Below, one piece after another: positions 40,029 to 49,452 of a DNA stretch of 64,000 nucleotides (the stretch's first letter is position 1; the number at the start of each line of letters is the position of its first letter). The notes beneath the pieces were generated by a model, which was not told the origin of the DNA, ran no database searches, and saw only the letters and a list, made by a program, of their open reading frames with translations. Source of the stretch: a virus; IMG/VR virus record IMGVR_UViG_3300025687_000026, positions 32,001 through 96,000 of that record. One strand, 5' to 3'. A program made the position numbers and the translations under genes.

Positions 40029-40396
40029 TGAGCGTCGCCGCTCGTAAAATCCCCCTGCAACATCTGCCCGACCTTTTCCGGGCTCGGCAACACGGAAGCA
40101 ATTCGCTGACCGATGTCGCCTTTTAGGTTGAGAAGTTCCGCAACCGTGAGTTCAGGGTTGGTTCGCACAAGCCAGTGCGTGAAAGCATGTTTCCAGTAGG
40201 ATTCGAGGTCAAGAGACATTTCATTGTTCTTACCTACAACAAGCATCTCCTGAGCAGCACGCTGAACATCAAAGAAGGAGATGTCCCTGACCCACACTTC
40301 CATGACCACTTCGGGGTCATGAGGGTCTACAGGTATCTCGTGCTTCGTTTCATTCGTCTGTCTCAGTAGTTGGCTCTTGTTCGGTAATCTCGGCAT
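40025..40396 (-). CDS. Tail assembly chaperone (gpG-like)
   Basis: Between tail tube and tape measure; slippery site at the 3' end. Confidence 0.75.
   Translation of the reverse strand: MPRLPNKSQLLRQTNETKHEIPVDPHDPEVVMEVWVRDISFFDVQRAAQEMLVVGKNNEMSLDLESYWKHAFTHWLVRTNPELTVAELLNLKGDIGQRIASVLPSPEKVGQMLQGDFTSGDAQ
40046..40052 (-). other. Programmed -1 ribosomal frameshift site G GAT TTT
   Basis: In-frame heptamer near the chaperone end; the -1 frame (FYERRRSVIEAF...) runs without a stop into 39750-40028. Confidence 0.7.
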
Positions 40397-40886
40397 TTAT
40401 CTCCACCTCGGTCGCAGCCGCTTCATCAGCGGGGGCATCCACCTCTTCCTCGGCAGCCGCTTCTGCGGGGGCCTCCGGCGTCGGTGTGGACTCAGTAATG
40501 CCCTCATCGTCTCGCTTGAGACGGAGGGCCAGTTGGGCTTTGGTTCCCGAGACTGGTAGACCACGGGAAGCACACTCCTCACGGAGTTCAGTAAGCGTCA
40601 TAGCATCGTAAGAAAGGTCAGCGGGGAAGTCTTCGCTGTTTGGGATGTCTTCTACTCCAGCGCTTTCAACTGACTCTTCGACTGACTCTTCAACGACCTC
40701 GGCAGGTTCCTCGGAGGGTTTGTCGATGAGAGAGCGCAAAGCCTCCTCAATCAGTTCCCTTGAACGGTGAGTGCCCATAGGTCGAGCCTCAGCCTCGCTG
40801 AGTCCAAGGAGCCCACCGAACCACACAGCGTAGTCTTCGTGGCTTAGGCGTCGATACTTGCGAACAGATTCGGCTGGTGTAGGCAT
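40350..40886 (-). CDS. Acidic SAP-domain protein
   Basis: YDAMTLTELREECASRGLPVSGTKAQLALRL is a canonical SAP/HeH motif. Confidence 0.8.
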   Translation of the reverse strand: MPTPAESVRKYRRLSHEDYAVWFGGLLGLSEAEARPMGTHRSRELIEEALRSLIDKPSEEPAEVVEESVEESVESAGVEDIPNSEDFPADLSYDAMTLTELREECASRGLPVSGTKAQLALRLKRDDEGITESTPTPEAPAEAAAEEEVDAPADEAAATEVEINAEITEQEPTTETDE

Positions 40887-40897
40887 ACTTAGTCACC

Positions 40898-42877
40898 TCA
40901 ACAATGGAAAAGTGTGTCCGTCGACACAACACGGATGGCTTTCGGCATCACCTTCAAAGGAGCACGGATAGGTCCCTTGTCCTCAGGAATAGGCAGAGGG
41001 GCCTCGGTGATGACATAGTCATCAAGGAGGATGTCGATACGCTCACGAGTAGCGCCGCTACCTGCTTTGGTAAAGGAAAGCCGAATCATGTTGTCAGTGC
41101 TGGCGCTGAAGTCAACGGCGCGACGCATGTGATGATAGAAGACAGGGTCGTCCACGATAATCTCCATGTCCATCGTGTATTCAGTCTTGCCTTCCACGGC
41201 GATGGAGGCGTTACGGCTACCAGCGTGCGGGACTTGGTCCGTGATGCTATCGGCGATGGGGGAGCCGTTGATGGTGTAGAACTGCTGCACGCCCGTATTG
41301 CCGTTGAGCGTGAAGGAAACAACTTGCCCGATGCGAACACCAGCAAGGTCAATGGTGCCGTTGTAGAACATGTAGGGTTTCTGCGTGCCCTTGGCGATGC
41401 CGCTGGTCTTGCGATTGGCGTCGCTGTTTGCTGTGTCTTCAAACATGCGATGTGGATTGAAGCGGTCCCCCGGTGTGCTTTCAAGGCGACCGGTGTCGGT
41501 GTAACAGAGAGCGGAGTCAAAGTTGACACTCAGGCGCAGAGCAGCGTCGGTGTCTGCAGTCAACGAAAAGTCCTTGACTTTGCAGCCACGGAAGACTCGA
41601 CTCAGTTGCTTGGTGTCGCTGGGGCCGCCGTCAACCACATCGTCGGTGTTACCGTCGCTGTCACGGCGGCGAATGCTGACTTCCATAGCAAAGGAAGGCA
41701 CGCTGCTGCGAGAGTAAAGGAGGCGAGTGATTGGGTTCTGAATGTTTCCGCTGGACTCACGGTTGGGGCTACCCGTAGCGTTGTCTGCAGCGGGACGGAC
41801 AAAGCGCAGGACAGTGTTATCAGCGTGAGGGTAAAGTAGAGCATCGTCGAGGAAGATGCGCGTGCTCGTGATGGCCACGATACGCCGAATCTCAGTTGTC
41901 TCGGTCTTGTCAAAGTAGGTGACCTCAGGGTTGGCCACAGCACCAAACTCGGTGCCGTCAGCACTGTCAGCCTCGTTGTAGGTGATGACATCAGCACGGG
42001 TTTCATCAACGACGATAACATAGTCGCCTGCCGCTACAGCAGAAGTCCCAGCGGTGAAAGTCGGCACTCCGGTGCCGTCGAAGGGGATGACAGTAGCGCC
42101 AACTTCAGTTTTGCCATTCAATTGGTAATCGTTGCTGACCAACAACGAATTGAGGCCTGTGATGTTGCTCACATCCACCGCTTCCATACCGAGACAGTAG
42201 TAGAGCCAGCGGGGGTTGTGCATGTTGACCTCAAAAGAGCCGCCTTCGTTGAGGAATCGTCCCGGCACTTGCACGGCCACATCACGGCCGAGGCCGACGA
42301 CATGGTAGCGCTTGAGGTCCACCTTTGTTTCCGGTAGCGTCACCGTAGCGGCGAGGCCCACGAATTGGTCAGTTAGAACGGATTCGCTGGAGCCCGAAGC
42401 ACTGTCGCCGTCAGCAGCCATGCTGACATCGACGGAGGGCACAGTAAAGCCGTGAATGAACATGATGTCGCCCGATTTGGAGTCCTTGTCCCCAGCAGAA
42501 TGGTCGGTGGTCAGCGCAGGTGTGATGGTCAGTTCAGTGACATCGCTCGATGTCACAGTATGCTGAACAACAGTGAAGGAGCGGCCGCTGATGGTTGCAT
42601 CGTCATCGGTGCTGAAATTGGGGCTGCTGCTGGCGATGCGGAAGGACACCTTCGCTCCGACGAGCATCCCGACGGGGTATTTCAGTTGGCCAGCGTTGAC
42701 GACTTGCGAGGCTGCTCCGCTGTCAAAAGTAATGACGCTGGTGTCCGCCTTGAGGTCCCTCCCACCGGTCTTCGCACGGAACAAAAAGGACCCTGCGAAG
42801 CCATGGTCAAGTTGAAGTCCTGTCTCGTGACCGAATGAAATCTCGGTCAAGTCCCCTTTATACACTGTCGACGGCAT
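40898..42877 (-). CDS. Major tail (tube) protein with inserted domains
   Basis: Start MPSTVYKGDL after GAGGTGA SD; ETG, GCKVKDFSL, F.LNGNTG and C-terminal tube-like strands. Confidence 0.7.
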   Translation of the reverse strand: MPSTVYKGDLTEISFGHETGLQLDHGFAGSFLFRAKTGGRDLKADTSVITFDSGAASQVVNAGQLKYPVGMLVGAKVSFRIASSSPNFSTDDDATISGRSFTVVQHTVTSSDVTELTITPALTTDHSAGDKDSKSGDIMFIHGFTVPSVDVSMAADGDSASGSSESVLTDQFVGLAATVTLPETKVDLKRYHVVGLGRDVAVQVPGRFLNEGGSFEVNMHNPRWLYYCLGMEAVDVSNITGLNSLLVSNDYQLNGKTEVGATVIPFDGTGVPTFTAGTSAVAAGDYVIVVDETRADVITYNEADSADGTEFGAVANPEVTYFDKTETTEIRRIVAITSTRIFLDDALLYPHADNTVLRFVRPAADNATGSPNRESSGNIQNPITRLLYSRSSVPSFAMEVSIRRRDSDGNTDDVVDGGPSDTKQLSRVFRGCKVKDFSLTADTDAALRLSVNFDSALCYTDTGRLESTPGDRFNPHRMFEDTANSDANRKTSGIAKGTQKPYMFYNGTIDLAGVRIGQVVSFTLNGNTGVQQFYTINGSPIADSITDQVPHAGSRNASIAVEGKTEYTMDMEIIVDDPVFYHHMRRAVDFSASTDNMIRLSFTKAGSGATRERIDILLDDYVITEAPLPIPEDKGPIRAPLKVMPKAIRVVSTDTLFHC

Positions 42878-42887
42878 CCGGCTCACC

Positions 42888-43334
42888 TCATGGCACGAGT
42901 TCCGCAAAGATAACAACTTCGATTTGGAAGGTCATGCGGAATAGGTTCTTGGTCCGGTCAGAAAGGTCCGTCCGGGTCTTGAAAACAAGGCGGTCAAAGG
43001 CAACACCATCACCCTTGCGCTTGGTGTGAATGAGGCGACGCACCTCGTTTTCCATCGCTTGCATATGCTTGCGAGACTTGGTGGTGCGAATGTCCACGGT
43101 AATGTTGATGCGGGTGGTGACAAAATCGTAGAGAATCTCAGGCGCTTCTTCGTTGTGCGCCGTCTCGTAACAGAGAACATAGTCCGTCTTTTTCATGTCG
43201 ATGCGCTTCCCACGCTCAGGACCGACAGTGGCGATGTCGGCGATGACGGGCTTGATGTTGTTGGTGTTGCCCCGGTTCCAGTCGCCGAGAACAGCGATAA
43301 CTGAATCCAATCCTTCTGCCCATGTTGCGACCAT
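42888..43334 (-). CDS. Putative tail terminator/completion protein
   Basis: ~148 aa with a DIRT...EVRRLI pattern; directly upstream of the tail tube. Confidence 0.55.
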   Translation of the reverse strand: MVATWAEGLDSVIAVLGDWNRGNTNNIKPVIADIATVGPERGKRIDMKKTDYVLCYETAHNEEAPEILYDFVTTRINITVDIRTTKSRKHMQAMENEVRRLIHTKRKGDGVAFDRLVFKTRTDLSDRTKNLFRMTFQIEVVIFAELVP

Positions 43335-43678
43335 CATTTCACCTCCCGTTTGTAGGCTGCGACATCCGGCACGAGTTTTCCACCACTGAGTCGCAACTTG
43401 TAGGTCACAAGGGCAGGGGACTCGGACAGCATCCGCTTGTCTACCCTATCCAGTGCTGCTTTAAGAGTGCTGGGGTCAGGGGCGCTCCCTTTTTGCTCGT
43501 ATTCACCCGCTTCGTTGCGAGTGATGCCGTCCATCCCCAATTCCTGCTGTTCAACGACACGACGGTAAGCCTCCGGCGTCTGTGTCACGACTTGACGCAA
43601 CGCTTCTTGCTGAGCAGGGTCCAGCATCTCCTCGGTGAGATGTATCATGAGAAACTCATCGGCTTCGTCTTTCACCAT
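43334..43678 (-). CDS. Hypothetical neck-region protein
   Basis: Coupled ORF in the head-tail operon. Confidence 0.55.
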   Translation of the reverse strand: MVKDEADEFLMIHLTEEMLDPAQQEALRQVVTQTPEAYRRVVEQQELGMDGITRNEAGEYEQKGSAPDPSTLKAALDRVDKRMLSESPALVTYKLRLSGGKLVPDVAAYKREVK

Positions 43679-43683
43679 TGTTA

Positions 43684-45273
43684 TCACTCGAAGAGAACAA
43701 TCTCCTGATAGCGTGGGAGAATCTTGTCAATCTCAGCCTGCAGGAGTTGCACCTTGGCGGTGATGTCAATGTTGCTGGTGCCTTCAGGCAACAGCACGGT
43801 GCGGTCGTCAGACATCAACAGGTCAATGACCACCATCTTCGTAGCAACCTCCTCGATGGCCTTTTCGAGATAGCGTTCCCCATAGATGTAAGACACCTTA
43901 ACGGCGTTCCACTCAAAGAACGGATAGGAGTTGTTGAAGTAAATGATGCCCATTTCAAAGTCCATCCACCAATCCTTGAGCCGAGCGTTATCACCACTGG
44001 AACTACCGCCTTGTAGGTCGACTTGTAACTGATGCTGCGTGATGGTGCCGCTCATGGATGCAAGGTCACCGCTTGCGCTAACAACAGCGCAACCGGAAAA
44101 AGTAACCCCATCGGGGTCAAGACTGTCATATCGAAAGGCTATTGTCCCATTTGAAGCAACACCGCTTGGCGCAAACCCAGCAGTTGAATCAACAACAACG
44201 CTTGACCCACTTGAACTTACGAAGGTCGCCGTGTTGACTTGAGTTTGTGAGATGGAGAGGTTGTCGTCGGTGCTGGCGATAGTGCAAGTCTCACCTGCTT
44301 TGACAGGGCGCATACTGGTGATTTTCACCACACCGCTACCGTAGTCGCTGTTGGCTGTGGCCAAGAACTCGTTATGAACTGCGACATTGGATGAAGAACC
44401 TTCCAACTTGAAGGTGGGTGTGAACTCCACAGCCGCCTTACCCACCCTGTCCTCTTTGTTGATGAGGTCAGCGAGATTTTGAGCCGTAGTAACATGGTCA
44501 AAATCATCTCGCCATTGGTTTGTCGCTGTTCCAATATCAAGACGAGCGGCTGAAGCGTTACCCGGACATAGGAAAAGAGCGCTATCGGCGTTGCCGTTGT
44601 AGTTTTTCGGGATGCCGATACGAGCCTCAGCAGCACCAATCTCACGATAGTCGTCGCCTTGCCATAGTTCGAGGCGTAGAATCTGCTGGATATTACGGAA
44701 CAATAGCGGAGTCGTCCCAACATAGTCGGTGTAGTAACGACGCCGGTAAGGCTTGTAGGTGTCGAAGTTGATGTATTCAGCGCTCACGAGATAAGGTCGC
44801 CAAGCGTTGTGCGTGATGTTGTCAATCTTATCCTGCACTTCACGAATACGAGCCTCAACGATGGCCTTGGTCGCTCCACGCTGGCGTCCAACCTTAGCGT
44901 TGGTGAATGAAGAGAGGTTCTGCACATAGGTGTTGTCATCAGCCTCGAAGTCACTGGCTGTAAAATCAGCAGTGCTGAACACCAACTTCACGCCACTACT
45001 ACCACCGTTGGTGATGTCAATGATTTCTTTTTCAACACCGAGAGGGTTTGCATCACTGTAGATGAGGATGGTATCGCCAACCTCAGTGCCGCAACGGCGG
45101 TAGTCTTCGCCAGTGATGAATACACCGTCGCTCACAGAGTCAGCAGAGGTAGCCACAGGCTCTTGAGGTCCAATCCCGAGGTAGTCGGCGACTTTCTGCG
45201 GTGTCGTGTAGACCGTGGCTGTGGGGTCAAGAGGACGAGTTTCAGCCTCACCGGGGTTGAAGACCATCGGCAT
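43684..45273 (-). CDS. Head-tail adaptor protein with large insertions
   Basis: YTTP.KV..YL, ID..T..AWR, G.IYF...V.VSY.YG....AIEE.A pattern. Confidence 0.65.
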   Translation of the reverse strand: MPMVFNPGEAETRPLDPTATVYTTPQKVADYLGIGPQEPVATSADSVSDGVFITGEDYRRCGTEVGDTILIYSDANPLGVEKEIIDITNGGSSGVKLVFSTADFTASDFEADDNTYVQNLSSFTNAKVGRQRGATKAIVEARIREVQDKIDNITHNAWRPYLVSAEYINFDTYKPYRRRYYTDYVGTTPLLFRNIQQILRLELWQGDDYREIGAAEARIGIPKNYNGNADSALFLCPGNASAARLDIGTATNQWRDDFDHVTTAQNLADLINKEDRVGKAAVEFTPTFKLEGSSSNVAVHNEFLATANSDYGSGVVKITSMRPVKAGETCTIASTDDNLSISQTQVNTATFVSSSGSSVVVDSTAGFAPSGVASNGTIAFRYDSLDPDGVTFSGCAVVSASGDLASMSGTITQHQLQVDLQGGSSSGDNARLKDWWMDFEMGIIYFNNSYPFFEWNAVKVSYIYGERYLEKAIEEVATKMVVIDLLMSDDRTVLLPEGTSNIDITAKVQLLQAEIDKILPRYQEIVLFE

Positions 45274-45572
45274 TACTCTCGGGCCTCCTCACTTCTGCTC
45301 ACAAGGTTGTATTCCATCGGGCGTTGACATGCACCGCATGTCTCACGCCATAGAAAGTGAAGCATGCCGCAGTGCTTGCAGCGAGTGCCTGAACCGATGT
45401 TCATGACATCAGCGGCCTCGCTATTGCGATTACGCTGCTTCTTGACAATGCCCTTCAGTGGGTTTTCAGGGTCAACGAATGCTGACTGGTCGATGGTGAC
45501 ATCGGAGCGAACGCCTTGCTTCTGAAAACGACTGATGTCGTCAAAGTCGATTTTCGACAAGTCGAAGCCCAT
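45273..45572 (-). CDS. Zinc-ribbon protein
   Basis: CKHCG......CGAC. Confidence 0.7.
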   Translation of the reverse strand: MGFDLSKIDFDDISRFQKQGVRSDVTIDQSAFVDPENPLKGIVKKQRNRNSEAADVMNIGSGTRCKHCGMLHFLWRETCGACQRPMEYNLVSRSEEARE

Positions 45573-45587
45573 TCATCTCCCTCACGC

Positions 45588-45761
45588 TCATTGAGTAGTC
45601 ACGAACAAGTAAATGTTACCGAGGATGGTGTGCGGGTCAACAGCCACAGGCGTGTTAGCACCGATGGCTGCGACGGCGGCTGCCTCAATGGCTGCACGGT
45701 CCGTGGCGTTGTTGAAGTCTTTCGGAGCGTAAGGCCCGAGAATGGTGACTGTTTTCGCCAT
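45588..45761 (-). CDS. Small virion protein (57 aa), not in ORF track
   Basis: MAKTVTILGPYAPKDFNNATDRAAIEAAAVAAIGANTPVAVDPHTILGNIYLFVTTQ; GGTGA SD; fills the gap. Confidence 0.7.
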   Translation of the reverse strand: MAKTVTILGPYAPKDFNNATDRAAIEAAAVAAIGANTPVAVDPHTILGNIYLFVTTQ

Positions 45762-45773
45762 TCAATCACCGCC

Positions 45774-46028
45774 TCAGGAGCGGCGACCAACTGCGAAGAA
45801 CTGACCATTTGCCGTAGCACCAGCACCGGTGAGTGTAACTCCCGTGCCTGCTGCGTTGATATGGTAGGGGTCAGCGGCACCGGGGGCCGCAGTAGGGGTC
45901 AAAACGACAGCATCAATGCTTGCGAGAAGACCACTGAGGTCAATGCTCGTGTCACCTAATTCGTAGGTTCCAGTCACAATCATTCGGTCGCCCATGTAGG
46001 TTGGTCGGGGGTCAATCGTTACAGCCAT
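45774..46028 (-). CDS. Small beta-rich virion (decoration-like) protein
   Basis: GGAGATGA SD; downstream of the capsid gene. Confidence 0.6.
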   Translation of the reverse strand: MAVTIDPRPTYMGDRMIVTGTYELGDTSIDLSGLLASIDAVVLTPTAAPGAADPYHINAAGTGVTLTGAGATANGQFFAVGRRS

Positions 46029-46030
46029 GT

Positions 46031-46426
46031 TTATTCATCTCCTTGTGATTCTTCAGCGATTTCAGCCGCTATCTCTTCAGTCTCTTCGACACCGTCGGGA
46101 CTCATAACAGTTGCGACGATTTCGAGAAGTTGAGATTTGGTAGCGTAGCCTGAAGGCTTGAGGTTGTAGGATTCCAGCCACTTGCCGATGTCCTTCTTGC
46201 TCCATCCAGCGTCAGGGATGCCGTCTCCGCCTTGGTCGACGGTGCGTTCCTCAGCCTCAGCCTTGGTCCAGCCTTCGATGCGGAAGTTGTCCGAGTCAAG
46301 GCGTGGGTGAAAGCGGTCCAACCAAGCCGAGGTTACCTCAACAGGTTGGTTTTGTTCCCAGTCACGCATGGTTGGGTCGATTGCACGACGGACATGCGAG
46401 CGTCCAATGTAGGTTACTACGGGCAC
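46031..46426 (-). CDS. Hypothetical protein with HeH/SAP-like C-terminal motif
   Basis: WSKKDI.KWL......SGYATKSQLL. Confidence 0.6.
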   Translation of the reverse strand: MPVVTYIGRSHVRRAIDPTMRDWEQNQPVEVTSAWLDRFHPRLDSDNFRIEGWTKAEAEERTVDQGGDGIPDAGWSKKDIGKWLESYNLKPSGYATKSQLLEIVATVMSPDGVEETEEIAAEIAEESQGDE

Positions 46427-46437
46427 TGAGGTTCACC

Positions 46438-46815
46438 TCAGTTGTAGAGAACTATCAGACTGTGGGCTGCCGCTACACCGGTAATGGTGATGGTGAGGCT
46501 CGACACTTCGACTTTGAGTGCGCCTGCCGAGCCGCCAGCCTGAGAGGCCGTAGCGAGGAGGATGCTGTTCACGCCGCCTGCGAGGATGATGGTGCCTGCA
46601 CCAGTCGTGGTGATGAGAGCCATCTTGGGAGCCGGGTCGTAGCCGTTCGCACCGTCCGAGTTGGAGGCGTTGAAGGTGCCGGGTCCACCGCCGGGGTAGG
46701 ACACATCAGCGGCACCGTCGAGCCATTCGGTCGTATCATGCGAGTTTGCACGAAGTTCCCATGCACCGACAAGGGTCGGCGTTGCTGTTCCAGTTAGAGT
46801 CAATTCTTCTGCCAT
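46438..46815 (-). CDS. Putative capsid decoration protein
   Basis: Directly follows the MCP with the same strong AAGGAGATGAAAA RBS. Confidence 0.55.
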   Translation of the reverse strand: MAEELTLTGTATPTLVGAWELRANSHDTTEWLDGAADVSYPGGGPGTFNASNSDGANGYDPAPKMALITTTGAGTIILAGGVNSILLATASQAGGSAGALKVEVSSLTITITGVAAAHSLIVLYN

Positions 46816-46846
46816 GTTTTTTCATCTCCTTGTTTTCTTGTTGTCC

Positions 46847-48019
46847 TCACTGCAGGTCACGGATGCTACCCTGAGCACGGAAGAAGGTGGTCCACACCTC
46901 GCCCATGGTTCGGTAGAGGCCTTCTTGACCGAGGCGGTTGATGGCGAATGGGTCGCCAGTCTCGATGCCGGACTCGAAGTATTGCGTTGGGATTGCAGTA
47001 GAGAAGTAGAGGTAGTCCGTGTCGAGGAAATACATCCGGCTGATGCCGTCCTTCTCAACATCCTTTGAGGGGATGATGGGGACGCCGTTGTAGGTAGCCA
47101 CGATGAAACCAGCCTCGATACCGGGAACACCCTTCACACCGTTGTAGGTGGGGGTGACTCGCTTTTCTTCCATGAACCGCTGTTGGGCTTGGAGGAGTTG
47201 CTGGAGTCGCATGAGGGTGTCGTAGCCCGTCAAGATGACCTTGGGGTTACCACCGAGTTCCCACATGCGCTGGAAGGTGTCATCCAGTTGGTCGAGGGAC
47301 ATGGTGCGTCGGTTGGCGGCGTCTTGGTCAGAGCCACAGTTGACGACAGCGTTGGACCAAGCGTTGGCGCTGCGGTCGATGCTGTAGATGTCAAGGTCAT
47401 CGGTCCCACAGTGGTCAGCAGCAGCGGAACCCGTCTCCATGGAGGTCAGGCCGCCGGAAGCGCCACCGTCGTTACCGGTGATGCGGTCAATGGACTCGAA
47501 GTTGTTGCCTGCGAGAGTGTCAGCGTCCGTGAGGAGCATCTTGTTGACCATCTCAGCGTGGTGCTTGCCCATCTCTTCCTTAAGGACGGCTCGCATGTCA
47601 CCCATGCCGTCGTCCTTGTCGGACAAAAAGACAGCGACTTCGCTCACATCGAAGGAGTGTGCTATGGTCTTGGGTTTTGCAGCGATGTGCTGGAAGGTTG
47701 GCTTGATGGTTTCAGGCAAGGTGCCGTTCTCAGCGATACCACCAGTGAGGACGCCGCCGTTGGGCTTGTCCGTGATGACTCGCCATCCACTGCGCTCCCA
47801 TGGGCGCTTGGGGAGGATTGAGAAGGCGTTGAACTCTTGGTTCAACTGGGACCACACTTTGCGTCCGTAGATGGCTTGGTAGGTTCCAGCCGTCGTGGAC
47901 AGCATAGGGCTGTCGGCCTTGAGAAGTTCAGAGCCACTGTAAGAGTAGCCCATTGCGTTGCCTGCGCCATAGTAGTAGCGCTCCATGTCGGTTACTGTGC
48001 GAACATAATTTCGTGCCAT
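46847..48019 (-). CDS. Major capsid protein (HK97 fold)
   Basis: 390 aa after protease/scaffold; AE.G.LP, K.IAH...VSE, N.MLL.D, TYNGVPII; strong RBS and codon bias. Confidence 0.9.
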   Translation of the reverse strand: MARNYVRTVTDMERYYYGAGNAMGYSYSGSELLKADSPMLSTTAGTYQAIYGRKVWSQLNQEFNAFSILPKRPWERSGWRVITDKPNGGVLTGGIAENGTLPETIKPTFQHIAAKPKTIAHSFDVSEVAVFLSDKDDGMGDMRAVLKEEMGKHHAEMVNKMLLTDADTLAGNNFESIDRITGNDGGASGGLTSMETGSAAADHCGTDDLDIYSIDRSANAWSNAVVNCGSDQDAANRRTMSLDQLDDTFQRMWELGGNPKVILTGYDTLMRLQQLLQAQQRFMEEKRVTPTYNGVKGVPGIEAGFIVATYNGVPIIPSKDVEKDGISRMYFLDTDYLYFSTAIPTQYFESGIETGDPFAINRLGQEGLYRTMGEVWTTFFRAQGSIRDLQ

Positions 48020-48058
48020 GTTTTCATCTCCTTTTGTTTTTTTTCAGTTGTCGAGTGT

Positions 48059-48877
48059 TCACTCGCTGCGGAACAAGCCTCCAGCCAGTTGGTGAACTTC
48101 TTCCCATGACATGTTGGCCATGTCAGCAGTCGAGGGGACCTCGATAGCGGGGGAAGCGGACTTTGCGATGGTCGTGGATTGCACGGAGCCGATGTTGTCG
48201 ATGCGGTCGTTGAGAGCAGCCAGCGACTTCATGATTTCATCGAGAGGACCACGGGCGTCGAAGGCCTGAGCCTGAGCCTTGGTAATCTCCTCAGTGCGCT
48301 CAGCCTTGTAGCGGGACTCGAAGTTGCCTTCCATGGCCTTGCGGAGTTCCTCTTCTTGCTTGGCGGCCTTGAAGACCTCGTAAGCGTGCTCAAGAGAGAC
48401 AGGGTCAACGGAGGTAACGAAGTCAGCCTTGGTAACAGCGCCGCCACGGGAGAGGCCTGCACGGGACAGAGCGTTGGTGGAAGGGGAGCCGCCTTCTTGA
48501 GCACGACCCTTCACTTGAGCAGCGAAGCGGGTGTCGTAGTCAGACAGTTCCTCAGGGGTAGAACCAAGGTTGGCCTTGGCGATACCGTCGAAGTGGGCAC
48601 GGGCACCGTCAGTGTCCACACCAGCGGATTTGAGGGTGTTTTCCATCCAGTCGAGGTATTCGGCCGTGATGACATCAGAGAACTCGGACTTTTCTTTGTC
48701 GTCCTTGTCTTTCATCTCGGTCTTTTCTTCTTTGGAAGGAGCATCAGCACCCTCTTCTTTCTTTTTCTTCTGAGCAGCGGCCAAGCCCGGTGGGAGTTCG
48801 CCTTTTTCCATAGAGTCAAGGCGACCTTCGAGTCGCTCCAACACGCTGTTCATTTGTTCCATAACATCGTCGGTCAT
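48059..48877 (-). CDS. Nested in-frame scaffolding protein (internal start)
   Basis: AAGGAGATGAAAAAGATG at the protease/scaffold junction matches the RBS context of the MCP gene. Confidence 0.6.
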   Translation of the reverse strand: MTDDVMEQMNSVLERLEGRLDSMEKGELPPGLAAAQKKKKEEGADAPSKEEKTEMKDKDDKEKSEFSDVITAEYLDWMENTLKSAGVDTDGARAHFDGIAKANLGSTPEELSDYDTRFAAQVKGRAQEGGSPSTNALSRAGLSRGGAVTKADFVTSVDPVSLEHAYEVFKAAKQEEELRKAMEGNFESRYKAERTEEITKAQAQAFDARGPLDEIMKSLAALNDRIDNIGSVQSTTIAKSASPAIEVPSTADMANMSWEEVHQLAGGLFRSE

Positions 48878-49405
48878 CTTTTTCATCTCCTTATTGTTGT
48901 CTTCTTTTAGGATTTTGAATGTTGCTTCAGGGTTGATTCCTTTTTCACAGATGGTGATTTCGTGCAGTTCGAGTTTGCTGATTTCTTGGTAGTTGCCGTG
49001 GCTGCTATCGTGTTTCCGAACTCGCTTGAATGCTTGTCCTCCGATGCTGAATCCCGCTAAGTTACCCTTCCTGACTTCGGCCGCCACTTCTCGTGCCTTT
49101 TCGATGTCATTTCTGAGTTGAACTACGACGAACATTCCGGCGTCATCAACTTCGCTCTTCCAAAACCTCCCTTCACTGTCTGTGTATTGTGGAATGACTT
49201 CTCCTACCTGAATGTTAGAGTGCGCCAGTTGCACATTCCTGAACTTCGGGTCGGCCATGAACTTCTTGAAAGCGTCTTTCAAGGCCGAACGAGTAATCAA
49301 ATCCCCCTGCTTGTCGACGAGTTCGACACTGGCGTAGCCTGCAACGACGAGGTCGTTGCTCCCTTTGAGGAGGGAGAGGCTGTCCGGTCGAGTTCTGAGC
49401 AACAC
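48059..49405 (-). CDS. Prohead protease (HK97/U35-like) fused to scaffold
   Basis: VAGYAS...VD.QGD.I, H...QVG, GFSIGG, L.EITI...G.NPEA; coiled-coil C-terminal half. Confidence 0.9.
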   Translation of the reverse strand: MLLRTRPDSLSLLKGSNDLVVAGYASVELVDKQGDLITRSALKDAFKKFMADPKFRNVQLAHSNIQVGEVIPQYTDSEGRFWKSEVDDAGMFVVVQLRNDIEKAREVAAEVRKGNLAGFSIGGQAFKRVRKHDSSHGNYQEISKLELHEITICEKGINPEATFKILKEDNNKEMKKMTDDVMEQMNSVLERLEGRLDSMEKGELPPGLAAAQKKKKEEGADAPSKEEKTEMKDKDDKEKSEFSDVITAEYLDWMENTLKSAGVDTDGARAHFDGIAKANLGSTPEELSDYDTRFAAQVKGRAQEGGSPSTNALSRAGLSRGGAVTKADFVTSVDPVSLEHAYEVFKAAKQEEELRKAMEGNFESRYKAERTEEITKAQAQAFDARGPLDEIMKSLAALNDRIDNIGSVQSTTIAKSASPAIEVPSTADMANMSWEEVHQLAGGLFRSE

Positions 49406-49439
49406 ACTAACCACCCCTCTGTTTGCTCTCCTACATAAA

Positions 49440-49452
49440 TAAAGCGGCATCA
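49440..49452. promoter_or_regulatory. Operator candidate adjoining a TATA-like TTTATTTA upstream of the protease-capsid operon
   Basis: TAAAGCGGCATCA, one mismatch from TRATGCNGCATYA. Confidence 0.45.

Noticed and set aside
45599-45880. 93-aa ORF from the track
   Set aside because: It overlaps 45774-46028; the 57-aa ORF at 45588-45761 has an SD and fits the gap.
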